Shown here one piece after another: positions 13,769 to 29,393 of a stretch of DNA of 64,000 nucleotides. Below the pieces are notes generated by a model, which did not search any database, was not told the origin of the DNA, and worked only from the letters and a program-made list of their open reading frames with translations. Position numbers and translations under genes: made by a program. The first letter of the stretch is position 1. Each line of letters starts with the position of its first letter. Origin of the DNA: Eledone cirrhosa (taxonomy: Eukaryota); contig OZ024743.1 of NCBI GenBank assembly GCA_964016885.1, forward strand, positions 242,544,001 to 242,608,000. The letters are read 5' to 3'.

Positions 13769-14477
13769 GGTTACATTTCTAAATAAGCACCCCGAATCTT
13801 TGATCAGTGTAAATCTGACAATTAGCAATCTTCAAATGTAACAGATCTCCGTACCAATAACATTAAAACTTGACAAGATTACAAATACAACTAAAGTTAT
13901 TTAAACTTTGATTATATTTTTCTTTGAATGAGAATTAAGATCAACCTTTACCAATGTATTTGATGAGTGAATATATAATGACAAACGAATTTCAAAGACA
14001 TTTCAAAACTAAGCACTTCTTTCTTTAATGAATAGGTTCAAATTATTTTAAAAGATTGACGGAACATTAATAAAACAAAGTAACGGTTTTCTATATCGTT
14101 TCTAAATTCTTAACTTTAGAATACATTTAGAAAACTTTCTATGCGAAGCGCGACATTTTTTTTTTATTATTATTTCAAAGAAATTGAACCCCATTGGAAG
14201 GGTGTGGTTGGGGTAGCAATGTGATTCTCGAACAACTCTCTGTATATTTAATTTTGTATTATTCAGTGACGAATATTGATTTTTTTCTCACACCACAATT
14301 ATTTCTAGTTTGTCTTCTGCATGAAATATGATAACACTAAATCAACTATTGGTTTTTTGTGCAGATGACGTCTCTAAGTAATTTATTCAGGAATCACTAC
14401 AAAGTTTCTACTCCAACTACTGTACATCCTTACCCAAAATTTGTGGCCTTGTACCTAAATCAGAAATCATTATTATA

Positions 14478-14878
14478 CGGTGGATTGGCAGTATCAGTAG
14501 AGGGTCGGACGCCATGCTTTGACGCAAAGAGTTACGTCCCCTTACGATCTGAGTTCAAATCCCGCCGAGGTTAACTTTGCCTTTCATCCTTGCGGGGTTG
14601 ATAAAATAAAGTACCAGTAATGCACTGGATAATTGCTGGCTTTGTGCCAAAAGTAGAAACAATTATTATACATTCACTTATTCACTATCCAAGGCAGTAT
14701 CGGTCGTGCCTCAGACACCATACTTTGCAGCATAGAGTTGTGGCCCTTTGCATTCTTAGTTCAAATCCTGCCGAGGTTGGCTTTGCCTTTCATCCTTATG
14801 GAGTCGGTAAAATAAAGTACCAGTAATGCACTGGAGTAATTGCTGGCCTTGTGCCTAAAGTAGAAACAATTATTATAC
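14478..14878 (+). mobile_element. Two tandem copies of the same SINE family
   Basis: GGTGGATTGGCAGTATC...GAGTTCAAATCCCGCCGAGGTTAACTTTGCCTTTCATCC...TAGAAACAATTATTAT twice. Other copies at ~18480-18672(-), 35085-35230(+), 39780-39930(-), 46562-46746(-), 54120-54260(-) and 55340-55720(+). Confidence 0.85.
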
Positions 14879-15895
14879 ATTCACTTAATGAGGCTCTTAG
14901 CAAATTTGTTGTTTTTTGTTGTTGTTTTTGTCGTGTTTTGTTTTGTATTGGTTGTTTGTTTTTGTCTTTTGTAAATCTGAAATTATGACACTGTCGGGGT
15001 GAGTTAATCACGTGATAAATTTCCTTACCACCCCTACTGTACTACCATCAACACTACGACCACAATCACTAACACCACCACTACCACTACCAGCACCAGT
15101 ACCTGCAACAACACCAATGACACCAACTACCACCAGCGAACCTACCTTCTGCAATCAACACAACACCTCCATCACCCCCATTCTTACCTTCACCACATAC
15201 ACTACGTCCCCCACCCCCATAAGTTATGAAGATGCAGTTTGACTGGGAGAAAAAAGAAATAAATCCACCAACATGCACACACAAACCCACACACTTATGC
15301 ACACATACACACACATACACACACAAACACACACACTCATGCACACATACACACACAAACACACACACTCATGCACACATACATATACATACACACACAA
15401 ATACACACACACACACACACAAACACACACTCATGTACACATACATACACACAAATACAAACATACACTCATGCACACATACACATACATACACAAACAT
15501 ACACACACACAAGCACACACACACATGCACACACACGCTCATGCACACGCACGCACAAACACATTCACAGACACACACACTCACAAACACACAAACACAC
15601 AAGCACACACAGAACCAGTAACAGAAAAATACAACATAGGCTAATTTCTGTCGTGTTATTTCTGGACCATTAAATAGCAACAATCGGAAGAAGAAGATTT
15701 ATGCTTCCTACTGTCTTCAGGCATAATTTCCTCAGGTAGCAACCAACAAAACTATTGCTGTTATTCTTCCCATTGCTATTGTTTTATACTTTTACTTTAT
15801 TCTGTTATTGCTTTTTGTCTTCTTTGCCTTTCTCATGGCAAAGGCAAAGATCTTTTTTTATATTCTTCTTATTCACTCTCTCTCTCTCTCTCTCT

Positions 15896-15961
<66 letters not shown>

Positions 15962-16062
15962 ATATATGTATGTATGTATTTGGCAAACAGCCCTAACGTA
16001 AATTATATATATATATTTATACATAAGTGGTCTGTTGTCGTGAGGCTGTGGGAACCAGATGA

Positions 16063-16099
<37 letters not shown>

Positions 16100-16189
16100 G
16101 TATGTATGTGTATATATATATATATATATATACATGTGTGTGTGTGTGTGTATACAAAATTAGAAATGTTTTCTCAGTATTATCTCTAC

Positions 16190-16396
16190 CAGATGCAGTC
16201 TAAGATTTTGTCCTAGGTTCTTGCAAAGAGGGATGCTTATATTTAACGATTCAGGAAAGCACGGGCCTGTGTGCTCCTGGATAGGCGTGTCAACGACAAG
16301 CTTCCCTTCATGCGAAAGGACGAATAACAAACTTAACTTCTGTAAAACTTTGACTAATTTGGATTAATCGAAAGCTTTCGATTGGGCGGGCCATCT
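16190..16396 (+). pseudogene. Degenerate Tx1/L1-type reverse transcriptase fragment
   Basis: Reads KILS*VLAKR ... ARACVLLDRRVNDKLPFMR ... LTNLD*SKAFDWAGH. Compare QILAKVLAKR / AQTCAIPSRSIHDNLHLMR / LINLDQSKAFDRVDH in the LINE ORF at 48258-50420. Confidence 0.7.
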
Positions 16397-17329
16397 TTAC
16401 TTTCCAGCTGTCTGTATTCTGAGTTCAAATCCTGCCTTATGTGGTAGACTTAACTGGTCACCCACTAATACCTGACCCTTGAGTTTATTGAGCAGAGTTC
16501 TCTCTGTTCCAAGTATTCGGACTAAATGCCCGATTTCAAGATATTTTCTTTCCTCCGTCGCTCCCGATAAAAGAAATACTTTTAAATAATCTTCCGCGTT
16601 GCAGTTACATTGAATCCACCCTTTGTCCTCTTAATGATATGTGCTTTGCTAGAACAGCACTGAGGGAAGTCATAAAACATCCATTTAAGAAAGTATTCAC
16701 TTAGCATATGTACGCTTTCAGACGTTCAGAAAGAAAAAAATACTACTTCATTGTAAAAGTATATATTCAATCTAAAAGACAATAATATTGAAAATTTGAA
16801 ATAAGGTAGCCTGTGGTGAAATATGGTTCTGCATACAAGAATGGTTTGAAAAAAATGTCAATTGTGTCTCGTGAAGAAATACATTATTTTAATGGACTTT
16901 TCATTGTTGCTAAATAAAGAAAATCTGAAGTCGTAAGTGGTGGCCATCATATGAATGAGTTTTTAGGAATTACTGGGAAAAAAATAGCTAAATAAACACA
17001 CATACTACATTCTTTCTAGAAACGAACGACAGGCTCGCCAGCATTTATAGTCCTTTATGTGTTTTGGTTTTTACATGAGTATATGAAAACATTTTACGAT
17101 AGTCCGTTTTGACAGAACTGCGTATTCACTTTCATGTAAGCTATTATACATATATATATAATAATAATACTATTTATAGTTATGTATATAGTATAAACAA
17201 CTATAAACAGGAAGGTCAGTAATTTCTTAATTACCTTATTGCCAGTAAGAGAAATAGCTCAATGTATGAACATCAGTTGTTTTACAGAACAGTTAAATAT
17301 AAATATTTATTTATATATATATATATAAA

Positions 17330-17457
<128 letters not shown>

Positions 17458-17609
17458 TACACGGGTGTGTATGATTGTGTATAGAAGATTATATTAATAA
17501 GAGGAATTCCAACTTTGTCTGATTTACTCGTTTTATTTACAATCCTTTAAAATATATAATGGTGTTATAATGAAATAGTATGATAGAATATTAAATTCTA
17601 AGTGTTAAT

Positions 17610-17648
17610 TGAACAAGTACTTTCATGCTTTCGCAATCTTCAGGTTCA
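17610..17648 (-). ncRNA. Minimal type I hammerhead ribozyme in a Penelope pLTR-like remnant
   Basis: Minus strand: TGAAC-CTGAAGA-T TGC gaaa GCA T-GAAA-GTAC-TT-GTTCA. Stem III is the palindrome AAGTACTT. Upstream on the same strand are TATAAAA and a CCAAT box. Confidence 0.75.
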
Positions 17649-18715
17649 TAATATGTGGTGACTGTCAAGTTTGCAATTTTCAACTGTAATAAGATGGGTA
17701 TATTTCCTACCTTTTATACATTTTATACAGAGAAAAGTGGCTCCAGAATGCTAAGCCCTGTAAACTGTATTTCGACCAATCAGTGTGTAGTTTCACTGAA
17801 TTACTAAAGCTGATTGGTTTAAGCGTCACGGCTGGTTGAGCATGTCTAACGACCAATAATTAATCATATCCAAAGCATCAATTGTTTTGATATTTTTAGA
17901 AATTATGAAAATAGCATTTTCTATTAATCATCACCATCAACATCACTTTTATTATTGTTGTTGTTGTTGTTGTTGGGTGGATTTCATGAGCGATCTAGAT
18001 ACAGACCGTCCGACGTGAGCGAGATGTGAGCAAGAAGAGAACCCACTGCTAGCCAAACGGGAGGAAGTGAGAAGGGGAGAAACAGAGAGTGAGTGAGTGG
18101 AAGTGCGAGGAAGAGGTCAGTCGAGAGAAAGTGTAACTGACAGAGGGGGCGAAAGAAGGTGAGAGAAACAGAGAGAGCAGGGAAGCAGTAAGAGAGAAAC
18201 AGACAAACGCAGCCGAGGTAAATATATATAAAAAACATGAGAAGAAAGAATACTGCGTGGTTGCCCATGGGTTACATATGATAAAAATAGTCCTTCGTCA
18301 GTGATTTTCCAACCTTCATTGGTATTTCATCGCATTAAAAATCATATACCTCCGGTTGGTGCGAGCAATAGCTAAATAAAGCTATTGGGACAAGTAAATC
18401 GCGTAAAGCGAGGGGGACAAGTAAATAACATAGAAGGATGAAAGCAATATATATATATGTATATATATACATATCTATTATAATTGTTTCTACATTAGGC
18501 ACAAGGCCAGCAAATTACCCAGTGCATTACTGGTACTTTATTTTATCGACCCCGTAAGGATGAAAGGCAAAATTAACCTCGGCGGGATTTGAACTCAGAA
18601 TGGAAAGGGGCGTAATTCTATGCGTCAAAGCATGGCGTCCGACTCTCTACTGATACTGCCAATCCACCACCCTCAATGATATATATATATATACACATAT
18701 ATACATATATTTCAG

Positions 18716-19577
18716 TTACCGTTGTGGTCTTAGATTAACCTTAAGTTGCCCGCACATTGCTCGGTTTGTTGTTTTTTTTAGCTGTTTTCTCTTCTCTCCA
18801 CTTTTCCCTTCTATTTTCTTTCCTTCCCTCCTCTGTTTTTCTAATAACTTACCCAGATATTGAACGCTCTGGCGGTAGATATATTGTCTTTAAAGCGTTG
18901 AAATATCCGAGACCCGCAGTAGACAACTGACGAGGCAAACTCCCCCTACACACACACACACCGTTCTTGTTTTCTTCTTATTCTCATTCCATTTTAAAGC
19001 CTAACTTAATTACCAACTACACACCCATCCTATTCTCCATATATTTTACCATGTTTCGCTGTAACCCGTCTTCTCTCTCCCTCTACCTACCTATTTCATT
19101 ACTATCTACTCTTCCCCCCTCTTTCTTCCTCTCCCTTTCTCCCTTTTACTTTCACTCACCCTCTCTCTGCCATCCACCTCATTGTTTCCCTCACCTGACC
19201 TTATAGCAGTCCTTTTCTCACTTACACTCGCTGGGGTCAGTCGTGTCTTTTCGTTCGCCCACACGCTCTCGAACTTAAGTTATGTTACCGCTGTGGTCTT
19301 GGACTTCCTTACCTGTTTTTCGCTGTTTTCTCTTTTCTTCCCTTTTTCCCTTCTCCCTTCTATTTTCCTTCTCTCCCACCCCCATTTTCCCAATAACTTA
19401 CCCAGTTATTGAACGCTCTGGGGGTAGATATATTGTCTTTAAAGCGTTGAAATATCCGAGACCCCCAGTAGACAACTGATGAGGACCCCCTCCCGCCTTC
19501 CGCCCCGTTCTTGCTTTGTTCTTATTCTCATTCCAATAAGGCTACCTTAACTAGCAGCTACACAGCCAATCCTATTC

Positions 19578-19580
<3 letters not shown>
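18716..19580 (+). repeat. Two diverged direct copies (~300 bp homologous, ~570 bp period) of an unknown element
   Basis: AATAACTTACCCAG...GAACGCTCTGG.GGTAGATATATTGTCTTTAAAGCGTTGAAATATCCGAGACCC.CAGTAGACAACTGA.GAGG at ~18843 and ~19392. Confidence 0.75.
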
Positions 19581-22140
<2,560 letters not shown>

Positions 22141-22555
22141 ATGGTGGCTGCCAACTCGTTTTCGAGTACGGCCACTACTTTATATCCATGTAGGAGAACC
22201 CCTACCGATGCGCTGAACGAGTGTGACTTTTTAGTCCAGCCAGCGACTTGAAAACTCTGGTACAAACACTACACTTGTGACAATTATTGACACATAGTGC
22301 TGGGCCCATGATACCATGTGACGACAAGTGCAGAGAGATCTCCAGAAATAAAGCAATGCCTGTGCCGTGAAGCTTTTATAGTGAGCAAAGGCACTGCACA
22401 AAGCCAGTCCCACTCTCTTAACCAAGATGATATTTACCAAAAAGAAGAACAAGTCAACATCATTGGATACCATCAGAGTTGCAGGTGTTATATCAGAGTT
22501 TTCCTTCTCCTAGAATTCTGCCTTGACAAAGGCTAAGGCGTCATCTCTCCCGGAG
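22141..22555 (-). mobile_element. Non-autonomous RTE-like element, 5'-truncated copy with (TATG)n tail
   Basis: Minus strand 22279-22202 encodes [25 protein letters not shown] (C2H2 finger like RTE ORF C-termini), then a short 3' UTR and (TATG)n. Confidence 0.6.
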
Positions 22556-22717
22556 AGATACATACATACATACATACACACATACACACATACATACACA
22601 CATACGCATACATACATACATACATACATACATACATACATACATACATACATACATACACAGATCCACACATACATACACACATACATACATACACACA
22701 TAGACACATACATACAT

Positions 22718-22754
<37 letters not shown>

Positions 22755-22841
22755 TACATACATACATACATACATACATACATACATACATACATACATA
22801 CATACATACATACATACATACATACATACATACATACATAC

Positions 22842-25800
22842 AGTCAGTCAGCGCGATCAGTCGCATATTTTGGCGTGGGAGACTATATATTAAATTTAAG
22901 ATGAATACTATCTCCGACAGTAATGCCACAACTACAGCCAGGTTGAATAACTGGTTATTCTTCTAACTATCCCTTCTGAAGACACCTTTTATTCGAATTC
23001 GTAGAGATATCCGACTAAATACATAATTTATTTTACAAGGATTTGCTACAAACAGCATGGCTGAACACAACATCAACAAAAAAATTAAGGAAGTATCGAA
23101 GACAAATAACAAAGAAGGTAATCAAACTTTATTCACTTTTAGCTACAGAAGAAACCGAAATTATAAATCGCATTTCTCTTGGAGTTGCGAACTTAATAAT
23201 GATTTATTTAATTGTTATAAAATGGCAAAAAACAATCCCTCCATTGGCTATATGAATAGAATGAAGCTACACTGGGACGAAATGCACCCAGAGCTAAATT
23301 ATTTCACAGCGAAACAATTACGCCAACAAGCGACGTTTGTTGAACGTAAAAATAAGATAAATATTATTAATTGTAAGTCCCCCACAACAAACATGGAATC
23401 AACAACACGTGCTACAGGTCGCCATGCTACTAGACTTCCTAGCAGCCAGGTCGAACAGCGCCTTGAAACAACTATGCCTGTAAGAAACTTGACACCACCT
23501 GTATCATCTAAGTCTACCTCGAATGCTGGGGAAAACACTATCGATAATAATAATAATCGAATAAATGTGACACCACGTATACCATCCGAGTCTACCTCGA
23601 CTGTTGTGGAAAATACTATCGATAATGATAATCAAAAGTATAAACAATTGAAACTTTCCCTCAGCGAAATCTTCCAGAGAGAAATTAACTCATGTATAAA
23701 TATCTCTCTTGCTGAACGTGTTAAAATGACAATGGTGAATAAAAACCCAAATAATGAAATACTACGTGTTATTGACGAAATAGGGGATGAATATTTACGA
23801 CGGATAAAAACCCCAACATTTTGGCAAATCAACGCCTGTTTATATGCCTTAGCAATGATAGTGAAGCATTATCTTCGTAATAGCAGAGATATTAACAAGA
23901 ACAAAACACCACCAAAAATACCATCATATATAACTAAAATAGAAAAAAAGAGTGCTGACCTACGAAAAAACATAGGACATGTGATAATGCTCCTTACATG
24001 CAACCAAACACAAAAAAAACTCACTCCTCACCAACAAAGAGTGAAAAATAAAATAGAGACGATGTTTGGTAAGAGTAGAACCAGAACTCTCCAATATAAG
24101 CTGATCACCCTCAAACAAGAATTGAGAGCTGTTAGCGAAAAACGACGATACCTAAAGAAGGTAGATGAGAGAAAAATGCTTAATAAAAGATTCAGACGAA
24201 ACCAAACATCAGTCTATAGAGATATGAAGGGCAAAATAATAAGTGTCACTGAGGCCCCATTAGGGAAAGACATAGATTCCTTTTGGAGAAAAATATGGGG
24301 TGAAAAGAAGAATTTCAACCAAGATGCAGTGTGGCTAAGAGAAATCCAAAAGAACTATTGCTCCTACACTACAACAAAAACATACGAAATAAGTGAGGGT
24401 ACCCTTGAGACTGTGATAAGAAAACTCCAAGATAAGAAAACACCAGGAAGAGACATAATTGTTGGCTACTGGTACAAAAAACTAATATTCTATCGGAAGT
24501 ATCTTACTGACCTCTACCAACAAGTTCTTAAGGGAGATACACTTATACCAGAATGGTTGACATTAGCACAAACGTTACTGGTCCCCAAGAACAAAGACAC
24601 CCACTTGGCAAAAAAATATCGGCCCATTGCATGCCAGAATCTGATGTATAAGATGTATACAGGCTGCCTGAACCTATTCCTCCAAGATCACTGTGAAAAT
24701 AATAACATCATCACAGATGAACAAGCAGCTGGAAAGAAAAGGGTTTGGGGATGTGCCGAACAACTCCTAATCAACAAAACTGCGATGTCGGAGGTGCGAC
24801 AACTTAGGAGGAATATGACGACAGTCTGGCTGGACTACAGGGAAGCTTTCGATTCTGTTCCCCACTCTAGGATGATAGAGGCCCTCCAACTTGCTAAAGT
24901 CCCAGACATTATTGTCAGAGCCATAGAGAGGCTGTCTTCTTCTTGGGATACTATCCTAAGGTTAAAGACAGAGAGGGAGGACTCTATTTTCACTGATAAA
25001 ATAAAATATTGCAGGGGTATATTTCAGGGGGACAGTCTCTCTGTGGTATTCTTCATCTTGTCATTAAACCCCTTGTCCTTTCTGCTCAAGAAATGTGAGG
25101 GATACATCAGTGGCTCACAGAAGGACAGAAATACGAAACTAACCCATAACTTCTTTTTGGACGATCTGAAACTCTATGCCAAGAACATAGATGAATGAAG
25201 AAAATTCTTGACCTGGTTACAACGTTCTCAAAGGATATAGGAATGGAGTTTGGCCAAGATAAATGCTCATACATGACTGTAAAGCGGGGAAAAACAACAA
25301 CCCAATCTAGCAACATTGTCATCAATGGTCTAACTGTTTCACCGATATCTGATGAGGACTGCTACAGATACCTGGGGATAGATGAGAACATATCCTATAA
25401 TGGTATCTGTAATAAAGAACGCGTAACCAGGGAATACTACACTCGATTAAGAAAGATCTGGTCATCGGAACTCTCTGCGCAAAACAAAACAGTGGCTCAC
25501 AATGTGCTTGCTGTGTCTGTCCTAACGCCAACGTTTGGAATACTCAATTGGACGATAGACGAAATCCGAGCAGTTGATGTTGGAACTCGAAAAATACTGA
25601 ACAACACCGGAAACTTCCACATGAACGGTGACATAGACCGCCTTTACTTGAAACGTAAGCAGGGAGGCAGAGGCCTAACATCAGTCCAGACAACATTTGA
25701 ATGTCGCATCATATCTCTCCGACATCTACGAACCTCGAAGCGTAGGAGCCCGCTTCTCGAGAAAGTCTATCTGCATGAAACAGATAAGATCATGAGAGTT

Positions 25801-26948
25801 GGGAAGGAACTCCTTGAGAGATATTCCCTGTGTGATAATCAAAAACTCACACCCAGGGATGTCGCTCAGCAGTATCGCAGAGAATCCATGGATGAAAAAC
25901 TGCATGCCTATCAGCAAAAAATCATGCATGGATATGTTGCCAGGAAGCTCCAGAGTGAGAGTAATATAGATAAGGAAAGTAGTCTATCTTGGACCAACAA
26001 CCGCTATATTAGCTCCCACTTTGATGGATACGCCTTTGCAATCCAGGAATAGGAGATTAGCACGAAATATCTGATTCACAAAAGAGATAGGGATGCAGGC
26101 AAAACACCTAGATGTGATAACAAGTGCAGACTCTGCAGAACTAACATCGAGGATATCACCCATGTCATCAGCAGCTGTCCAAAGATGTCATCGCTGTACT
26201 ATCTACCTTTGAGGCATGATGTAGTGGCCAAAACACTGTACAATGCAGTTCGTAAAAAAAGATAGCCCCGATAATAAACACATTAAAAGCTACAACAATG
26301 TGGAAGACATCCATGTACATAATATGAAAGAGTACTGGTGGAATGTTCCAGTAAAAACCTCAATAAAATGCAGGCATAACAGACCAGATATTGTGATATG
26401 GGACAGGGAGAAGAAAGTATGCACAGTAGTGGAAATTAGCTGCCCAGCAGATGCCAATATAATATCAAAGATTAGTGAAAAGGAGAATATTTATGCAGAA
26501 CTGATGAGAAATCTGCAGATACTCCACCCTGATTACACCTTCAGATTTATGCGTGTGATTATTGAGGCACTGGGATATGTTAGTAACTGCCTCAATAAAA
26601 ATCTTGAGAAGCTAGGCTTCACGGGAACAGAAAGAACACAATTAGTTAGGAAACTAGAAGTACAATCCATTAATGGAACAGTAAAAATATGTAAAACATT
26701 CCAAAAATTGTGCATCTAATAACTACATATACACATGTACAGATACAAAGCATATACACATGCACACATACAACTCAAAACATCCACATCTACACAGACA
26801 ATAACATCCATATCTACACATGAATGCATGCATACATACATATCTACCTAGTTGATGTGTAAATTCCAATGAGAGAGTCTTGTGTCTATGTTAGAAACCA
26901 ACTCTCTCTCTATTGGTAAAACTTTGTGAAATTATAAAACCAGAAGAA
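22842..26948 (+). mobile_element. Near-full-length R4/Dong-like non-LTR retrotransposon (RLE type) inserted in (CATA)n
   Basis: Single long ORF with RT and restriction-like endonuclease. (CATA)n abuts both ends (22558-22841 and 26949-26973). Confidence 0.8.
23057..26719 (+). pseudogene. RT + CCHC + RLE polyprotein, disrupted
   Basis: N-terminal GYMNRMKLHWDE..HPE. RT motifs YRPIAC, WLDYREAFDSVPH, GIFQGDSLS, FFLDDLKLY, YRYLG. Also CRLC..EDITHVISSC, RHD and RPDIVIWD..VVEISCP. Frameshift ~25196, stop at 26052, frameshift ~26255. Confidence 0.92.
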
Positions 26949-26973
26949 CATACATACATACACACATACATAC

Positions 26974-27582
26974 ATGGTGGCTGCCAACTCGTTTTCGAGT
27001 ACGGCCACTACTTTATATCCATGTAGGAGAAACCCTACCGATGCCCTGAACAAGTGTGACTTTTCAGTCCAACCAGCGACTTGAAAACTCTGGTACAAAC
27101 ACTACACTTGTGACAATTATTGACACATAGTGCTGGGCCCATGGTACTATGTGACGACAAGTGCAGAGAGATCTCCAGATATAAAGCAATGCTTGTGCCG
27201 TGAAGCTTTTATAGTGAGCATAGGCACTGCACAAAGCCAGTCCCACTCTCTTAACCAATATGATATTTACCAAAAAGAAGAACAAGTCAACATCATTGGA
27301 TACCATCAGGGTTGCAGGTGTTATATCAGAGTTTTCCTTCTCCTAGCCTAGAATTCTGCTTGTCAAAGGCTAAGGGGTCATCTCTCCCGATGATTTTGGA
27401 TGGCCATTGACTCTTAAGAGCTCCTTTTCCCTTTGACAGGTTTTGTTTTTAGTCCTGCAGGATGTCCAAAGTCATCCTCCTCACCAAGAAACCTTGGTGG
27501 CGTTGCCAGTTTAGTCGCCAACGACCCGACCATGAGACAGGTTGTACTGGGATACATGTTACCAGTAGCACCAACTGGTGAC
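26974..27582 (-). mobile_element. Longer copy of the non-autonomous RTE-like element
   Basis: 26974-27390 closely matches 22141-22555, with an extra ~190 bp GC-richer structured 5' part. (TATG)n on both sides. Confidence 0.65.
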
Positions 27583-27667
27583 ATACATACATACATACTG
27601 TTCCATTTCTATCATGTTTAAACTTGTATTCTCCTGTTATTTTTCCTTGTTGATTTTATATATACTG

Positions 27668-27706
<39 letters not shown>

Positions 27707-28136
27707 GAATAATCGAGAATCGGAATATCAGCTCACGAAATCACGATAAACAATATCCGATATATGTGGCAGAGGGCTCAATAATTTGGAAAAATCAGAG
27801 CTATAACTATCGTTAAAATACCAACACATAGAGATCATGCCTAAAATCACCCATGCAGCCGAAAAAGAACGACCAGGAAGATTCGGGTGACTCAAATAAA
27901 ATATCAATAAATTAATAAATTAAATGAATGTAAAATATATATATATATATATAATACAATAACAGAGATAGTTTAAAGCTAATCTCTGACTGGTAACCAT
28001 CTCACTCAACAAACATTAGGTTATATTTTAAATAAACCCAATTTAAGTGTTTGGGGTGCTAACAATATGTATTATGTGGAAAAGCCAGTTGTATTATTTT
28101 ATGAGATATAATTAAAGTTAAAATATATCTCTCTTT

Positions 28137-28197
<61 letters not shown>

Positions 28198-28288
28198 CGC
28201 GTGCGTACATATACACGCATACATGGATACTTACATATACATATTTGCATGTCGTATATATGCATACATGTATGTGTATATATATATA

Positions 28289-28468
28289 TAGGAAAAAGTA
28301 TGACCCCGACGGCAGAGCTCAAGCCGTTTCGACGGCTATTTCTATACTCGAAAGGGCTTGAGCTCTGCCGTCGGGGTCATACTTTTTCCTATTACCCACT
28401 CTACTACCCTAAGTATTGAGTACTCTGGTGCGTTATGGTCCATCTGGTTCCTTACCACAATTCCTTCG

Positions 28469-28470
<2 letters not shown>
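28289..28470. mobile_element. Fold-back element carrying the 3' half of a hammerhead (family F); second copy at 31520-31653 (-)
   Basis: Inverted repeat 28289-28331 / 28349-28391. Minus strand reads GAAA-CGGC ttgagctct GCCG-TC-GGGGT. (TA)n on both sides. Confidence 0.65.
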
Positions 28471-28510
<40 letters not shown>

Positions 28511-28916
28511 GTATGTATATACATATATATATATATAAACATACATGTATATGTGTGTGTATATATGTACATATGTGTGTATATATATATATATGTATAT
28601 ATAATATCCATATATACGTAAACATATATATATATACATATATATATACATATACATATATATATGTATATATGTGTGTGTGTACATATATAATTACATA
28701 CATGCATGAATGGTTTGTGTATTAATGAATGGTTTTGTATATATATACATACATGCATGAATGGTTTTGTGTATTAATGTATATATATATATGTGTGTGT
28801 GTGTGTGTATGCATGTATGTGTGCGTATGCACGTATAAATGTTTATCATGTCAAAAGTTCATTTATTCAGAAGTTGGTAAGATAATATATTTCTAACAAG
28901 ATGGCCGTGAATATGG

Positions 28917-28955
<39 letters not shown>

Positions 28956-28957
28956 AT

Positions 28958-29081
<124 letters not shown>

Positions 29082-29094
29082 TAATTTAATATAT

Positions 29095-29131
<37 letters not shown>

Positions 29132-29319
29132 TAATTTAATATATCAACTAACATAAGCGCACAGATGCACGCCCATGCTAGCAAATACACAGGTTATGTC
29201 ATAGTACCTAGGTGGTTCAATGCAGGAGAATGCAGAACAATAATATAAAAGACGTAAAATAAGAAAATATCTTTTAAAAAAATGTTTTCAAAATTTTTTA
29301 CTTACTTACTTAAATTTTC

Positions 29320-29393
29320 ACTCCAGTTTCTGCAATGGGATAAAGACAGTTACGTAATCCAACTGTCGAGAATTCATTGCGTCATCAGGGAGT
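29320..29393 (-). ncRNA. Hammerhead (family C) with 8-nt deletion in stem III, probably inactive
   Basis: The + strand has CTCCAGTTTC where the other copies have CTCCAACTAATTAGTTTC. Confidence 0.7.

Noticed and set aside
22141-27390. LTR retrotransposon defined by the two ~415 bp direct repeats
   Set aside because: No TG..CA ends, PBS or integrase. The internal protein is a non-LTR RT/RLE and the repeats are separate opposite-strand elements.
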